64,000 nt of DNA, taken from Octopus vulgaris. Lineage: Eukaryota. Each line of letters opens with the position of its first letter. Position 1 is the first letter of the stretch. Made by a program: the position numbers and the translations under genes. A model generated the notes under the pieces. That model saw nothing but the letters and a program-made list of their open reading frames with translations. It ran no database searches and was not told the DNA's origin. The stretch spans positions 20,894,001-20,958,000 of the forward strand of contig OX597824.1 in NCBI GenBank assembly GCA_951406725.2, given 5' to 3'. Shown piece after piece: positions 25,297 to 39,427 of the stretch.

Positions 25297-26534
25297 GTGA
25301 GTTGTTTTTCTTTTCCCTCTTCCATATTTTCAAGTAAAAATAATTTCTATCAGAGACTTTTAAGATATTACGGAGATGTACTTGCATAGCAAGTGACCTG
25401 ATTTGAGATTGTTTGCTGGAACGAAAACAATTGCAGTGTGGAAGGTGTTTATAAGCCATTTAAGAAACACAGAAACCGTTAGATTCACTTCAACATTTAA
25501 ATTTAATTTGCCAAAATATTTTCGTCACTTTGAGATCGCGACATGTTCACTGACAAAATTCCATGCTGCATCTCTAAATTACTTTTAAGATAGATTTTTA
25601 AAATTGGTTTTTGCAATGACTTGTTGAGTCTTCACAACTTTTGGCTTCAAACACTGACCTGTTGTTAGCTTAAAATGGAAGTGACAAGCGTTTTAGTATG
25701 GCTTCTGTGGTTTCATGAAGATTTGTCTTTTATAATTGATTCTTCAGTCACTTAGCTGTAGTAACCAGATCAGGTGTTTCATATGAATAAATTCATTTGT
25801 TTAACATCCATTTTTTCCATGCTAGCATGGGTTAGATGGGGACTTACTTGAGGCAGTATAGTCATTAACCCTCAGCTGTTATCCATGTAGGGGAATTTAC
25901 GTCAGCATTTCACTCAGATGACAGCAATTGAGGCAATAGAATTTCAATATTTGCTCACAAACACACACTCTCTCTTTCTCTCTGTCTCTTTCTCTCTCAA
26001 TGACCATGCTTAAAAGGTGTTTCTTACATGCTACCTGCACGGGAGCCAGTTGGGCAGCACTGGTAACGACCACGCTCGAATGTTGTTTTTCATGTGCCTC
26101 TGGCACATGTGCTGGTAAGGCGACACTGGCAATGATCGTGCTCGAATGGTGCTTTTTACATGCCACTGGCACAGGAGCCAATCTGTAGCCCTGGCAATGA
26201 TCATGCTCAGATGTGCTTTTAACGTTCCACTGGCATGTGTGCCAATCAGGCGGTACTGTCATCGACCACATCTGCAATTTTGATTTTGCTTTCAGTTGCC
26301 TCAAAAGGTCTTTGCAAGCAAAGTTTATTGTCCAGTGAACGAGGGGTAGTCATAAGTGGGCTGGTTACACCCAACATTCAGATGTGCTTTTAATGTTCCA
26401 CTGGCACGAGGGCCAATCAGGCAGTACTGTCATTGGCCCATGTCAGCAATTTTGATTTCACTTGGATTTATGATTTTGTTTTTGATGCAACTGTTAAGGT
26501 TCAAAATGACTTCTTATAAAACACTGTATTGTAG

Positions 26535-26675
26535 ACATTGATGAATGTGCTGAGAATACTGACGACTGTGACACAGAAGTAAGTACCTGTGAAAACCTAG
26601 AAGGAAAATATACATGCAAATGCAATGAAGGATACGTCCAAGACAAAAACAAAGATTGTATAAAGAAACTTAAAG
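26535..26675 (+). CDS. CRELD: CRELD exon 10, calcium-binding EGF (DIDECAENTDDCDTEVSTCENLEGKYTCKCNEGYVQDKNKDCIKKLK)
   Basis: DIDEC...CxNxxGxYxCxCxxGY; ttgtag| and G|GTAAGT; ends in phase 1. Confidence 0.93.
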
Positions 26676-27208
26676 GTAAGTTGATGTCATAAGAATTTTA
26701 TTAACTTTCAAAAGAACATAAACAGATTCCTTTTTTTGGAATGTCTCAAAGCATTTCACATAAAGCTATAAATAACAGTATGTAAATATCAGGCTGAAAA
26801 ACCCTTTGGGAGAGAAACAGTTGAAAGCTGCCCATACGACATGAACCCACGTCTCCAGTAGACATAGGCGTTTTACTATCGCCTGTTCTGGACTTTTCTT
26901 ATCGAGAAGGGTTTTTCACCCCGATTGTTATATGCTGTTATATACAGTTTTATGTGCGTCTTTCGGGATATTCAAAGAAAAAAAAAAAAGAATTTTGAAG
27001 GTAAGTTAATTTGTCATATGATGTGTTGATCAGCTTTTAACCTTTTGTTTCCTGTTGAGTTTGTCTGACCTTTTCAGTATTTTGTGTTAGGAAAGGTAGA
27101 AACCAGCCACAGAACCCGTGTTTAAGGCTGACAGTAAAGCATGGCACAATCCTCTGGTTTGGTCAGCTCCTGTCAAACCATTCCATGGAAGACAGAGGTT
27201 AAATGATA

Positions 27209-27441
27209 TATTTCTTTACTACCCACAAGGGGCTAAACATAGAGGGGACAAACAAGGACAGACAAATGGATTAAGTCGATTACATCGACCCCAGTGCGTA
27301 ACTGGTACTTAATTTATTGACTCCGAAAGGATGAAATGCAAAGTCGACCTCGGCGGAATTTGAACTCAGAACGTAACGGCAGACGAAATACGGCTACGCA
27401 TTTCGCCCGGTGTGCTAACGTTTCTGCCAGCTCACCGCCTT
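27209..27441 (-). mobile_element. SINE family A copy
   Basis: Near-identical to the 18523 copy. Confidence 0.8.
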
Positions 27442-28369
27442 AACTGATAATGGTGATGACAATGTTGACACCAAATAGGGGAAATTGGTTTGGTTTGGTA
27501 GCTTCCCACACTGTCAGAGTTACATCAGCAAGCTGTTGCAGTTTGGTTTTAGATTTGTTGTCTAAAGGAATGTTGCTTAATGGGACACAGATACTATACA
27601 ACATACATCACGATAGAACTGGTAAAGTAAACAGTGAATGGAAATGGAAGAGGGGTAGCCACAAGAATTTGTTGGCAAAAATGATCTGCATCAGTATAAA
27701 CTTTATTGGTCGAAATATAACAGAAAGAGGTGTTCCTAGAGCTTTTGTCAGAAAAAACCCTTTTTGGAGTGTCCTTTTAGTCTCTACTGCACCTCATGAC
27801 ACACCAGCATACACCTTTTCAAATCTGATTAATTGAACTGCTTCGGCTGTGGATTTTGTTTGAGGTTTTGAAGTACATATTTATTTCTTTATTGCCAACT
27901 GGGGGCTAAACATAGAGGGGACAGACATATTAAGATTGTTTTAGTTTAAGAGCTACACTTTTCCTTAGGAATAAACTGGAAAAAGCTTGTCAAAAATAAT
28001 TTGTTTTCAATATGGATTGCATTATTAGCATCTTTTTTTTATTTATTCGATATCGAATCTAGATTTGATCTTAGAATGAATGAGGGGTCCTCATAAGTGA
28101 GCTGGTTACACTTGACACACTAAATATCAGGTTGGAATGTAGAGGTTTGGTCCAGTTTGTTGACAAAGGATTTAGGCTTAGAATGTAGAATTTGGACAGT
28201 AAGTAAAATTCTGGGATTTAAGTTTGGAATGTAGGGGCTTGGGACCTAAAGTATCAGAATTCAGTTTGAGAGGGTTGGATTTGAGGTAAGAGAAATTGAC
28301 AAACAATATTTTTGTTTCTAATAGATAGAACTAAAAGGGTTTTTTTTCTGTTTGTTTTTGTTTTTTCAG

Positions 28370-28569
28370 ATATTTCCTTAAAAAAGAAGAAATCCAAAAA
28401 GTCTGAAGAGGGTAATGATAAAAGGGGTCTGCTGGTTTATTTTTTCATTCTTACGGGGATCGGAACGATGGGTCGGTTGATGCATGGTTATCCCCCCGCG
28501 GTTGCTATTATTCTGCTTTGGCTTGGGGGATACACCTTTTGGTTTGGGTCAGAAAACGATTCTCTTTGA
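28370..28569 (+). CDS. CRELD: CRELD alternative last exon A: Lys-rich linker plus two predicted TM helices (DISLKKKKSKKSEEGNDKRGLLVYFFILTGIGTMGRLMHGYPPAVAIILLWLGGYTFWFGSENDSL*); 411-aa membrane isoform
   Basis: Strong polypyrimidine tract and ttcag|, phase 1, in frame with exon 10; two hydrophobic segments with a short loop as in CRELD1. Confidence 0.88.
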
Positions 28570-29902
28570 TTCCGTATGTTTCACAGTGAGTGCTTAGTGT
28601 AAAAGTGTGTGTGTCTGCGTGCACAAAACCGAAAGAAATTGTAATTATTTAAAAGAACCTTCTCTGTTCCAGTTCTTTCATAGCAAATCTCTAACGAGCT
28701 TTTTATGGATAGAGCAAACGTGCAATGAATAATTGACCGCAGGAGAAAGGGTTTCTCTCCTGGAAACTGTCTCATTTATTCTTGTTCCATCGATGAAAAC
28801 CGTTTACAAGCTACCACTTGCACTGTATATATTTACTACATTCTTTCTCTGTAGCATTACCAGGGAAGGGTAAAAGCCCTAAAGGCGTTTGGGGTCCCTT
28901 CGTGATGAAGACTACAAATCAAGTTAATACGAACTGAGTCTAACTCTGTACAGGCTGCACCAACTAATGACTATATCAAAGGCAGCAAATGTTCATACTC
29001 AACTTTTTTAATATCTCGGGGGGAAAAGTTTCCCCCTGTTTTATTTCATTTCCTATTAATCATATTCTTTTGCACTCATTTTTAAAAAATGTAGTCGAAT
29101 GAGACAATGACTCCTAAGTAATTGATCGATGAAGAAATGTCATTGATCTCTGTGTAATGTCTTACAATATGTAAAAAAAAAAAATCTAATTAATTCTGTC
29201 ACACCTTTATTGGCTCCAGCCAAAAGGTAAGCTCCAGCACCAAAATATTCCAAATTACACCTTCGATTCTTACACATGATAATTGAAAGAATTCTATCAT
29301 TATATATGCTAGAGCTGCTGCCGGCATTTTTATTCATTACTGAGTGTTTTAATTAACTCAGTATGATCTGACTAATTAAAATGTTAATCTCTCACCGAAA
29401 TACAAATATTTGGAGAATGATGTTTACCACAAAAGCTAAATGAAAGTTATTACTGTCCAGTTTTAAGACACACGTTTTTTTTTTTGTGATTTGTCTTATG
29501 TAATATGATTTAAATCTGAATTATACAGATTTTAATTATTATTTTAATTGTATACTTGGTTCTTGTTAAGATTAAGTTATAGTGAGGGTTAACAGGAACA
29601 TATTTTTTTGTAAGTCAACTGACAACTATAATACTGAATCAATGAAATTACCAAAAATCATGAATGCAAACTGCAAAGAATTTTATTTTTCCAAAGTATA
29701 ACACTCTCTTTGAACTGTTTCATACACACGCAAAGGAGACGCACTGAATTTTGAAAATGACTTTTACATCATTTTCATAAAAAATTTTGATTCTTTTTTT
29801 ACTCATATTTTTTTTTAACTACCTGGTATAATTTGATACTAACAGTATTTGATTTACTTATACTAAACCCAATCTACTAAAGATGTAATTAATTAAAAAT
29901 CA

Positions 29903-30329
29903 TTAACCCATTAATGCACACAATTTAATTTTCATTAAATGAGTAGTACCAATGAAAAAATCACAAACGGATGATTATAAAATAGTTTGGTAATTAATGA
30001 AAAGTTACTAATTATATTGAACAGTATTAACCCTTTCGTTACCAACCTGGCTGAAACTGCCTCTGGCTCTCTGAGTACAAATGTCTTGTTTTCATAAGTT
30101 TTGAATTAAAATCTTCCACCAAACCTTAGTCACAATTTACGTTCCTAACACTAGCTGAATGATAACCAAGTTATATTACTAAATTATTTGTTATATTTAA
30201 AATAATTGAAAGAAATACAGAGTATCTCAGCAGAAATACAGTAACGAAAGGGTTAAAAATGGAACTAAATGTTTTGTAACATATTTTCTGTCTTGTTTTT
30301 TTTGTGAATACTATGCATTAATAGGTTAA
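29903..30329. mobile_element. TTAA MITE copy 3 (30027-30256) nested in another TTAA-CC-ended element, inside the putative CRELD 3' UTR
   Basis: Outer ends TTAACCCATTAATGCA ... TGCATTAATAGGTTAA. Confidence 0.65.
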
Positions 30330-30532
30330 TATAATAAGATTTATTTACATTGGTGTTCAGGCTTCTTGTTACTGTTTTTGAAGCATCTGAGATTTTTTTG
30401 TTTTTGATCTTTGTTGTGATCCAGTATGTTTATATTTTGTATGATATTATTGTGTTCTAAGTCTGAGGTTGCTATCTTAACAAACTGTTTTAAGGTCCAG
30501 CTCTCATTTTCTGAGATATCAAATATTTTTGA

Positions 30533-30538
30533 AATAAA
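30533..30538 (+). terminator. Candidate poly(A) signal of the CRELD membrane isoform
   Basis: AATAAA followed about 30 nt later by a GT/T-rich tract, ending about 2 kb of repeat-poor UTR-like sequence. Confidence 0.4.
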
Positions 30539-31983
30539 TCTTCATATTTGATTGAGATAAAGCAGAATTGTATGTTTTTGTTATTTTATTTTCTGCGAGA
30601 TTATCTCTACATTTTTGACTCGTTATTGGGTCAGGAATAGTATTTGATTTTTATCTGTTAAAATAAAAAAAACAGAACTGAGTTAGTGTGGGATATATTT
30701 ATCCTTCTCTAGTCTAGTAAAACACTTAAGATGTTGTGGATCTATAGGAAAATAATTAGCAGAGTTTATAGGATGAGATAGAAGTATTGTTTTGGAAGTT
30801 GATTGGATATTAATTCAATCCAACTAGTTTTTTCTTTTCTTATTTATGACTCGATATTTTTAAAAAAATTAAACATCTTTGATTACTTTGCATCATAGAT
30901 TGTTTGAGAAAATAATTTCACTGCTATACTTCATCTTGTTAATAAGCTGCAAAATAAATGTAGAATTTATTTTAGGTGGTTTGATTCGTTAACAGGTTAT
31001 GATGTACTTATGTTATGGTTAAATTGGATAGATTCAGTTTCTTTTTTTAATTTTTTATGATCTAGAAGTATTTCTATTACCACCAAATATAACCAAATAA
31101 CAAAGGCAATTCAACTGATTTAGGTATTTATAGCTTGTTTTTATGTCAAGAAGTGTTAAGGAGTTAGCAACAATCTGAACATGTTGTCACTAATTGTCGA
31201 ACGAAGATGAATTGCTGAACAACTTTCAACGTATTTAGAGTTGAGTTTGTGTTTTTGTGTCCTTGTTTATCTTGAAGCTGGTACCAAGTCTGATGCTTTT
31301 GTTGGTTTGAGAGAAGTTATTTCTGTGGACTGTGATCTTTGAGTGTTATTAATCTGCAAAATGTCACTAACAACACATAGATAGATTCTTCTTTTTAAAA
31401 ATCCTAATCTGCACTGCCACATTAAAAGTAGATCTATTTCAATAGCATTCTCTTACAGCACTATCAAGCTATGGTGAAGGTGTCTGGCTTAATGGTTAGG
31501 GCATTCGACTCACAATCACAAGGCCGTGAATTCGATTCCCTACAGTGTGTTGTGTCCTTGAGCAAGACACTTTATTTCACATTGCTCCAGTCCTCTCAGC
31601 TGGCAAAAATGAATGGTACCTGTATTTCAAAAAGGGTCAGCCTTGTCACATTCTGTGTCATGCTGAATCTCCTTGAGAATTACATTAACCCTTTACTGTT
31701 CGCATTATTCTACCAAAATTAAGGTTTTTTCATCCACATTGCCTTGAACTAATCAGGCATTATCTTGTAGCTTTGAGATTTTGATGAGGTAGCTGTTAAT
31801 TTTTTAAACCTTATTGTAGGGTTGGTGTGAGAGACCAGATCTGGCCATTTTGAACATAAAACAAGCAGAATACTTATGGCCGGTTTAAATGCTAAACGGT
31901 TAAGGGTATGTATGGAGAGTGATGATCTTGTGGATCGACTGATTGTCTTGATGATTTCCCTTCGCCCCTATCTGAAAAAAAAA

Positions 31984-32193
31984 AAGGCGGTAGGCTGGCA
32001 GAAACGTTAGCATGCTGGGCGAAATGCTTAGCAGTATTTTGTCTGCCGTTATGTTCTGAGTTCAAATTCTGCCGAGGTCGACTTTGCCTTTCATCCTTTC
32101 GGGGTCGATTAAATAAGTACCAGTTATGCACTGGGGTTGATATAATCAACTTAATCTGTTTGTCCTCTCTGTGGGTAGTCATGAAATAGGTAT
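31984..32193 (+). mobile_element. SINE family A copy
   Basis: Same head and body; ends GAAATAGGTAT. Confidence 0.78.
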
Positions 32194-32724
32194 GTGTGTC
32201 TGAGCAGTTTCATGAGCAGGTTGTTCCATTGATCGAATCAACTGGAACCTTCATCATCGTAGCTGATGGAGTACCAGTTAAGAGGTTATGGTTACCTGAG
32301 ATACATCTGATATGCAAGAAATGTTTGACCTATCTGGAAGCCTCTAGGTGACCAACCTCATTGTCAAGATACTCTTCTGAGTACCATTTGTCAATTACTC
32401 AATCCAGTTGTAGACTCTCCTCTGAGCAGGGTTTACCATTTTAGTTAAATCCATTGTAAGGTTCTCGCTGTCTTTAAAGTCTCAAATACTCTGCTCAAAT
32501 CTTCGTATATCTTCATCTGTTGACTTATTTCTTATTTAGTGGTTTGGCAGGATATGACTTTTCTCTGGTTTAGCCATGTACCCTCTAGCTGACATTGTGT
32601 GGCCCATTGATGTTCTCTCTATTTTCAAGAAATACTATCCTTTCTCAGCTGAAGGCAACAGAAATGAGTTCAGTGTATTTCATTTGTTACTGGCTAATCT
32701 GTTCCTCATTTTGAGCAAAAGCTT

Positions 32725-32755
<31 letters not shown>

Positions 32756-33015
32756 AGTTATTGTATACAGTGCTCAGGTGCACCACAACTTGTCAACAGT
32801 GCATATAAAGCATGACGCAGTAATGTACAAATGTCTGGGAAGTGAACAGTGTATGAGTCAGATACATGCTTGCGTGTGTACGGAGGGGAGAAAATCAGGT
32901 GTAGTGTTGGCGAATCTCAGGAAGCATGGAAGTTTTGAAGGATGCAGTGCTCCGACAACTAACAACTGATGCCGGCAGTCTGTTCCATGTTTCAGCAACT
33001 CTTAGCGTGAACTCA
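32725..33015 (-). mobile_element. CR1/L2-type LINE 3' end with (TTA)n tail
   Basis: Minus strand translates RVAETWNRLPASVVSCRSTASFKTSM...*; tail fragments also at ~7338-7385 and ~43140-43585. Confidence 0.68.
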
Positions 33016-33811
33016 TGTTTCTTACAAATTCAAATCTTAGCTAATCTCTGTATTTTCTCAGCCAGTATGCTACTTAGCTGTGGTGGTTAGAAGTTAGGGT
33101 TTACTTCTAGCAAAACTGTCTTCCTATGTTAACACATTGTGTTTACTCAAAGCATTGGTGTTTGAACATTCTCTTTGAAGTAGGGAGCAGTGTAACTTAC
33201 TGTTCTTCTTTGTAGAGCAGGAGTTGGTTGTGGCAATTACAAGGCTACTACACTGTACTTACTCTTAGTAATTTCTTTATTATTTTAGCAACAGTGAAGT
33301 CTATTTTGCTGAAAAGGTCAGACACGTCCAGAGTTGCCTCCCATATTTACTGAAACGTTTATAGTATTATTAACCCTTTGAGCCCAAAACACCGGTTTAC
33401 AGGTGGATGGCTTATTTTTCTCTATACTGTAGCATCGGTGGAGTGCCAGGTCTGTGGTCAAATAGGGTTCAGGAGGTCAGGGGTCAAAGGGTTAATTATT
33501 CATTGAGCTTATGTCCTGGCCTCACCAAGTTAGTATTTGCAATTAGATTTTTGACCTCTATATTAAACATATAAATTTGATACTGAGAAAAGGGTGTTTA
33601 GAGGGAGGAATAACAAGGCACATTAACAGAAGTGGTACTCAGTCAGCAGTGTTCATAGAACACAGTCACTGTAGGTGTTTTTCCTTTATTTGGAAAGTAT
33701 GTTGTCATAAATTTTCAATGTCTTTTTTAAAAACCCAAATTAAATTCCTTTATAACTAACATTTCTGACACCATCCCTATAACACTTTCAATTGCAAAGA
33801 ATAATAAACAC

Positions 33812-33882
<71 letters not shown>

Positions 33883-34308
33883 TACATACACGCACACACA
33901 CAAAAATATCATATATATATATATATATTATTGATTAAGAAAACAGAGAGATCTAATGGTTTCAAACAAATTTATTAATTAATCAAAATATTCACCTACA
34001 ATGTTTTGTAGTTGAATACTTTGATTTTCCATACATGGTATTTAAAATGCAAAATTATATATTTATGTTTTGTAATTTTAATTTTGTTTGTGAAATAAAA
34101 CAGTTGTAACTGAATATGTTGATTAATTAATAAATTAATTTGTATCCATTAGATCTCTCTGTTTTCTAACTCAATAATAATGTTTGATGTTTTACGATAT
34201 TTTATATAATATATTCATTGAAGAAATATCTCTTCAAAATATAATATATTAAACCAGTGTATCTTGGATAAAATATCCCTATGAGAGGTTTAAATATCCT
34301 CATTGCGA

Positions 34309-34365
<57 letters not shown>

Positions 34366-34477
34366 ATTTAAAAATAGGATAAAATCTTTATAAGAAATTA
34401 TCAAGTTGTTAGTGTGAAAAACCTCATAAGGGAAAAATTTATTAATTTTTCCCTTTAAATATATTTATTTATATTAA

Positions 34478-34627
34478 GGGCATTACTATACATAAATGCC
34501 TCACGATAGGAGGGACTCTTAAAGTCAAAACTACCGTAATAAATACATTGTACAATGTGTTTGTTATAGTAGTTTTGACTTTAAGAGTCCCTCCTAGCAT
34601 GAGGCATTTATGTATAGTAATGCCCTG
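34478..34627. repeat. Near-perfect ~150-bp palindrome
   Basis: AGGGCATTACTATACATAAATGCCTCA...TGAGGCATTTATGTATAGTAATGCCCT, centred on ACATTGTACAATGT. Confidence 0.9.
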
Positions 34628-36061
34628 AATATAGATAAGTATATATGTGTGTGTGTGTGTGTATATATATATGTTGGCATTCGTGGGTTGAATTGAAAAT
34701 GATTGTGAATTTTTAAAAAAAGTCATTTTCTAACCATTAGTTTGTCTGTTTCGATGTTTAACAAACTAAAAACAAACAAAAAATCCCTGCTGGTCTATCT
34801 ATTTTTAGTTTCATTCTTTAAAACCCAATATTTATTCATTTCAAATGTCTTGTTATTTGTTTACATTGTTTATATCTGTTTTAAATTTTTTTTTTTTTTT
34901 TTTACATAAAATAGTTAACAAAAGCAGTTTTCATTTATTTGAAAGTGAAAGTACAGAAAATTGTTTGCCAAGGTTTCCTGCTAGTTTTGTCCTTGTTTTG
35001 ATCACTGTAGATAATCACACATGGTCAAGTTTATTAAAAAAATCCTCTAAAGGTCACAGTCTGTTTCCATTTTCTGGGAACTGTATGAATTTTCCTAAAG
35101 TTAAAAAGTTGTTCTTGTATATTTTAGAATACATGTTGAATTTCTAAAAAAAATGCTACTAAAAAATTTTGCTGGATTTGATGGAGTGAGCAGAAAAAAT
35201 AGATTTGATCTTTACTAATGCCAAATCTACTATTAATTATGAAGCAACAAAGAAACCTCTATGTGGTTGCTTGATCTGCTAGATACAATAGCAGCAGCTG
35301 TATTTCATTCAAATTGTCCTCTACTGTTTTGTTTAAAAGGAAAAGAACTAATCAAAATAGGGAAATTACACTCTGCTGTCTTTAAGAAAGAAAAGAAATC
35401 CTTGGCTAATGTAGCCCAAGGTACTCTTAAAACTGATAAGATGGTCATGGCTGGATTGTTTTTCATCTTAAATCTGTTGGATTAGTTGACCTAGGGCTAA
35501 ATGACCCCCCCCCACTACTATCAACTGAACATTTTAGATAGGTTTATTCATACAAAGACATCAAACATTTTCTGTTCATTCTTCAACCATTGTTTTTTCA
35601 GTTTCTTTCAAAATCTCACCACGAGTGGTACTCAACTCTAGTCCTCACAAGTTGCTCCAAATTCTGTGCTTCATTATTACTGAGGATCTCTTCTGGTGAA
35701 AGCACATCTTTTGCAGAGCTAGGACCACATCCCAAAGACAAACCGTGAAGAAATTATTGTCCCCAATGGCTTCTGATGCCTCACAAGGCTCAAGTGGGCC
35801 CACAGTGGTATATTGCACCATTATTTGAGATTGAACTGCTACTCTGCTCACTGACATCCTGTACTACATCCAGAGAAGAGCTGCTCGGTTGACTTGCCTG
35901 CTACCATTTTGGCGTCTGACCCATAGATGTGCTTTCTATTTACTCTGTCTTTTGTGATGCTACTATGATGGTCTTTGCTCTTCCTCTCAGTTCCCATGAG
36001 CTTTGTGTCAGATGTTTGCAACTCTTGGCCAGATGCTTCTACCCTCCTCAGAGTTCATTTT

Positions 36062-36467
36062 TATTTCTTTACTACCCACAAGGGGCTAAACACAGAGGGG
36101 ACAAACAAGGACAGACAAACGGATTAAGTCGATTACATCGACCCCAGTGTGTAACTGGTACTTATTTAATCGACCCCGAAAGGATGAAAGGCAAAGTCGA
36201 CCTCGGCGGAATCTGAACTCAGAACGTAGCTGCAGATGAAATACCTATTTCTTTACTACCCACAAGGGGCTAAACACAGAGAGGACAAACAAGGACAGAC
36301 AAACGGATTAAGTCGATTACATCGACCCCAGTGCGTAACTGGTACTTATTTAATCGACCCCGAAAGGATGAAAGGCAAAGTCAACCGCGGCGGAATCTGA
36401 ACTCAGAACGTAGCTGCAGATGAAATACCGCTAAGCATTTCACCCGGCGTGCTAAAGATTCTGCCAG
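36062..36467 (-). mobile_element. SINE family A, head plus 2 body units
   Basis: Two near-identical ~184-bp bodies joined at the same junction. Confidence 0.82.
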
Positions 36468-37879
36468 TGTTCATTCTTGCTGCACCACTTCTCTTTCTTG
36501 AGCCAGATCTGTCTCAAAGTTCTTGAAATATCTGTGTTGATAATCTCATTAATGATGTGTTCCATTTACTTACTTGTCTAGGTGGTGACCTTTAATTAAG
36601 AGTCTGCTTGTCTGTGATCTCATCTGACTTGTCAAGTCATTTCATGTGTCATTACATTTATCAGGAGATAAATGGAAAGAGCATGAAAAAATGTCCTTTT
36701 ATGATTCTTCAAAATCAAGGAAATTTTGTCACAACAATATATATTTGTTATTTTTGCTGTTTTTAGCAAATGAAGTTTTTCAATTCTGCAAAACTTATTC
36801 CAGAATTTGTCTTGAAACACTTCAGATTCATCAACCCCAACAGCAAGAACCAAAAATTAATGAATTCCTTTACTGAAAACACATTCAAGAACCTTCATCA
36901 AAACATCTGTGGAACTTAGGCTTTTGTATTTATGTTGAGAGATGAGAGGAACACAAGCTTCACCAACAGAACCAGTGGGTTGATTTGAAGTTCTTGATAT
37001 TTCGTGGATGGAAAATGGCACCATACAAGTTTTTAGAACCCAAACTGCTAAATAGGGTTCTGAATTATTTGGATTACAATATTGTTTACCTGAACAAAAT
37101 GAAGCTTTAGCAGAGGAATTTTTCGTATCAAAGAGTATAAACAATTTCCTTGTACTTATCTTTTCAACTTCACCTTAAGTGAACATCTACATTGTCACCT
37201 GGCTGCCCTCGAATCACACCTTATTGTCTCACAAAAGAAGACATAATGGAATGATATTATTCTAGTATACCTAGAATAATATAAGGAGTGGTTGGAGATC
37301 ATGCGGTCGTTAGCCTCAAATTGCCAGGCCTGGTCAGCGTTTGTGAGAGATGCAGCATTGAGGATGAATGAAGCCAGCTCAACCCACCCCGGGTGAATGC
37401 TGTCTCAAGACAAGAAGAAGGAGGTATACTATGTCCGAAAAGAAAACAAAATGATCCTGGAATGCTTTTGACCAGAGCTGACCTGAGGCTAAACAGCAAC
37501 AAACTTATTTAGTTTTGGAGGCTTCATTGATCGATTGATGATTCATTTACCGTTTTATTGAAGTTGGGGTATTTTGGTGAATTTGTCAATAAACCATGCA
37601 AATACTCATCTGTTAAATAAAGGCTGTTTATCACAAACAGGCTGTTTGTCATAAATGACTCTGCTGGATAATCTATATACCAGAAAAGACTCATTTTATG
37701 AAATTTGGCTGAAACTGTACTCTAGTTAAGTACAAAAAGGCTTCCTTCAGAGAAAAATGTATTATTTTATAGTGAAAAATACATTGAGAGCAATGATAAC
37801 AAGGAAAATTAATTCCTTGTTTTCAGTCTTTCCAAAATAGTTATTCGGAAGTTTTAGTGACCATCTCATCTTTCATCAA

Positions 37880-38295
37880 CAGATTCTACTATATGGCTTG
37901 AGAAACCTGGATGTTATCAAAGAAGCTTGAGAGGCAGTTGGATGGAACTTACACTCGCCTCCTTATGAGAGCTCGATATCTCTCGTGGAAGCATCATCCA
38001 ACCAAAGTACAAATATATGGGAAATTACCACCTGTACCATCTCTTGTGAAAGGTAGAAGAGTCCAGTTTGCTGGACATTGTTGTAGAGCTGAAAACGACG
38101 TAATTTCTACTCTTCTCCTCTGGAAGCCATCTGCTCGTGATACCAGAGGGCACACACTCTCCTACCCTGATGTAATCTCCAGGGATACAGGCATCCAGCA
38201 ACAGGACCTCCGTAATGCCATGATGGACCGTGAAGTCTGGCGTTACATAGTAAATTCCATTGTCTCAACCACGGTCGAACAATGATGATGATGAC
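37880..38295 (+). mobile_element. Non-LTR retrotransposon 3' fragment (RTE/RTEX-like)
   Basis: ORF 37911-38285 'LDGTYTRLLMRA...VQFAGHCCR...LLLWKP...AMMDREVWR' followed by a (GAT)n tail. Confidence 0.75.
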
Positions 38296-39427
38296 AGATT
38301 CAGCCTCGAAACCTCAGGCTCGTCTTCTAACAGCAAATTTATTCCACTTGTGAAGTCTTTTATTTAAAAAAAGAATTTTTTTTACTTCACCAATACAGAC
38401 CATTGCTTGCATCTTACTGATTCACTCAGTCCTCTGGTAAGGATTGGATATGTTCCTGATCTTAGGAGCTGGCTGTAAATGATTAACCAATCCAATATTG
38501 ACCGAATCAAATATACAGCCTTTAGTAATTTCTTGTGTGGCATGGGTGTGTGGATATATGGAATTTGGTTTGTAGCCATGTGGTTTTGGGTTCCATCCCT
38601 CAGTGTGGTACCTCAGGTTGTGTCTTTCTACCACTGCCTCTGTGTTAACCAATACCCTGTGGCTGAAATTCTGTAAATGGAAACTCTACAAAACCTATCT
38701 TTGTGAGTGTGTTCACCTTGATATTGCATTATGGTACATTTGTCTTCTGCTTGTGTAATCAATATGTTCCATAGCTCTGGTTTTGTGTGAAGACTTGTAG
38801 AATATAAATAATCTTACTTAAAAACAGTGGAGGGCATTCAGCTTCAACAAGTCTCATCCAACTCATGCTAACATGGGCATAAAAACAATGATGATGGATA
38901 AAGTATGATTGGCAACATTAGTCTTTTTTGTTTTTGTGATTGATCACAGCAGGAACCATGTAGCATTGAGGAAGTGGTTATGGTGAGTGGCAGAATGGGG
39001 GAAGCACTCCGTCGGTTACGACGACGAGGGTTCCGGTTGATCCGAATCAACGGAACAGCCTGTTTGTGAAATTAACGTGTAAGTGGCTGAGCACTCCACA
39101 GACACGTGTACCCTTAACGTAGTTCTCAGGGATATTCAGCATGACACAGAGAGTGACAAGGCTGGCCCTTTTGAAATACAGGTACAACAGAAACAGGAAG
39201 TAAGAGTGAGAGAAAGTTGTGGTGAAAGAGTACAGCAGGGATCACCACCATCCCCTGCTGGAGCTTCGTGGAGCTTTTAGGTGTTTTCGCTCAATAAACA
39301 CTTACAACGCCCAGTCTGGGAATCGAAACCGCGAGTCTGCTCCCTAACCACTGGGCCATTGCGCCTCCACAAAGTGGCAGAATAATTGGGTATTAATAAA
39401 AGAATATTGTATAACTTTCTAATTTAC

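Noticed and set aside
27450-27836. 128-aa + strand ORF in CRELD intron 10 as a third terminal exon
   Set aside because: No convincing phase-1 acceptor, no motif and no retention signal.
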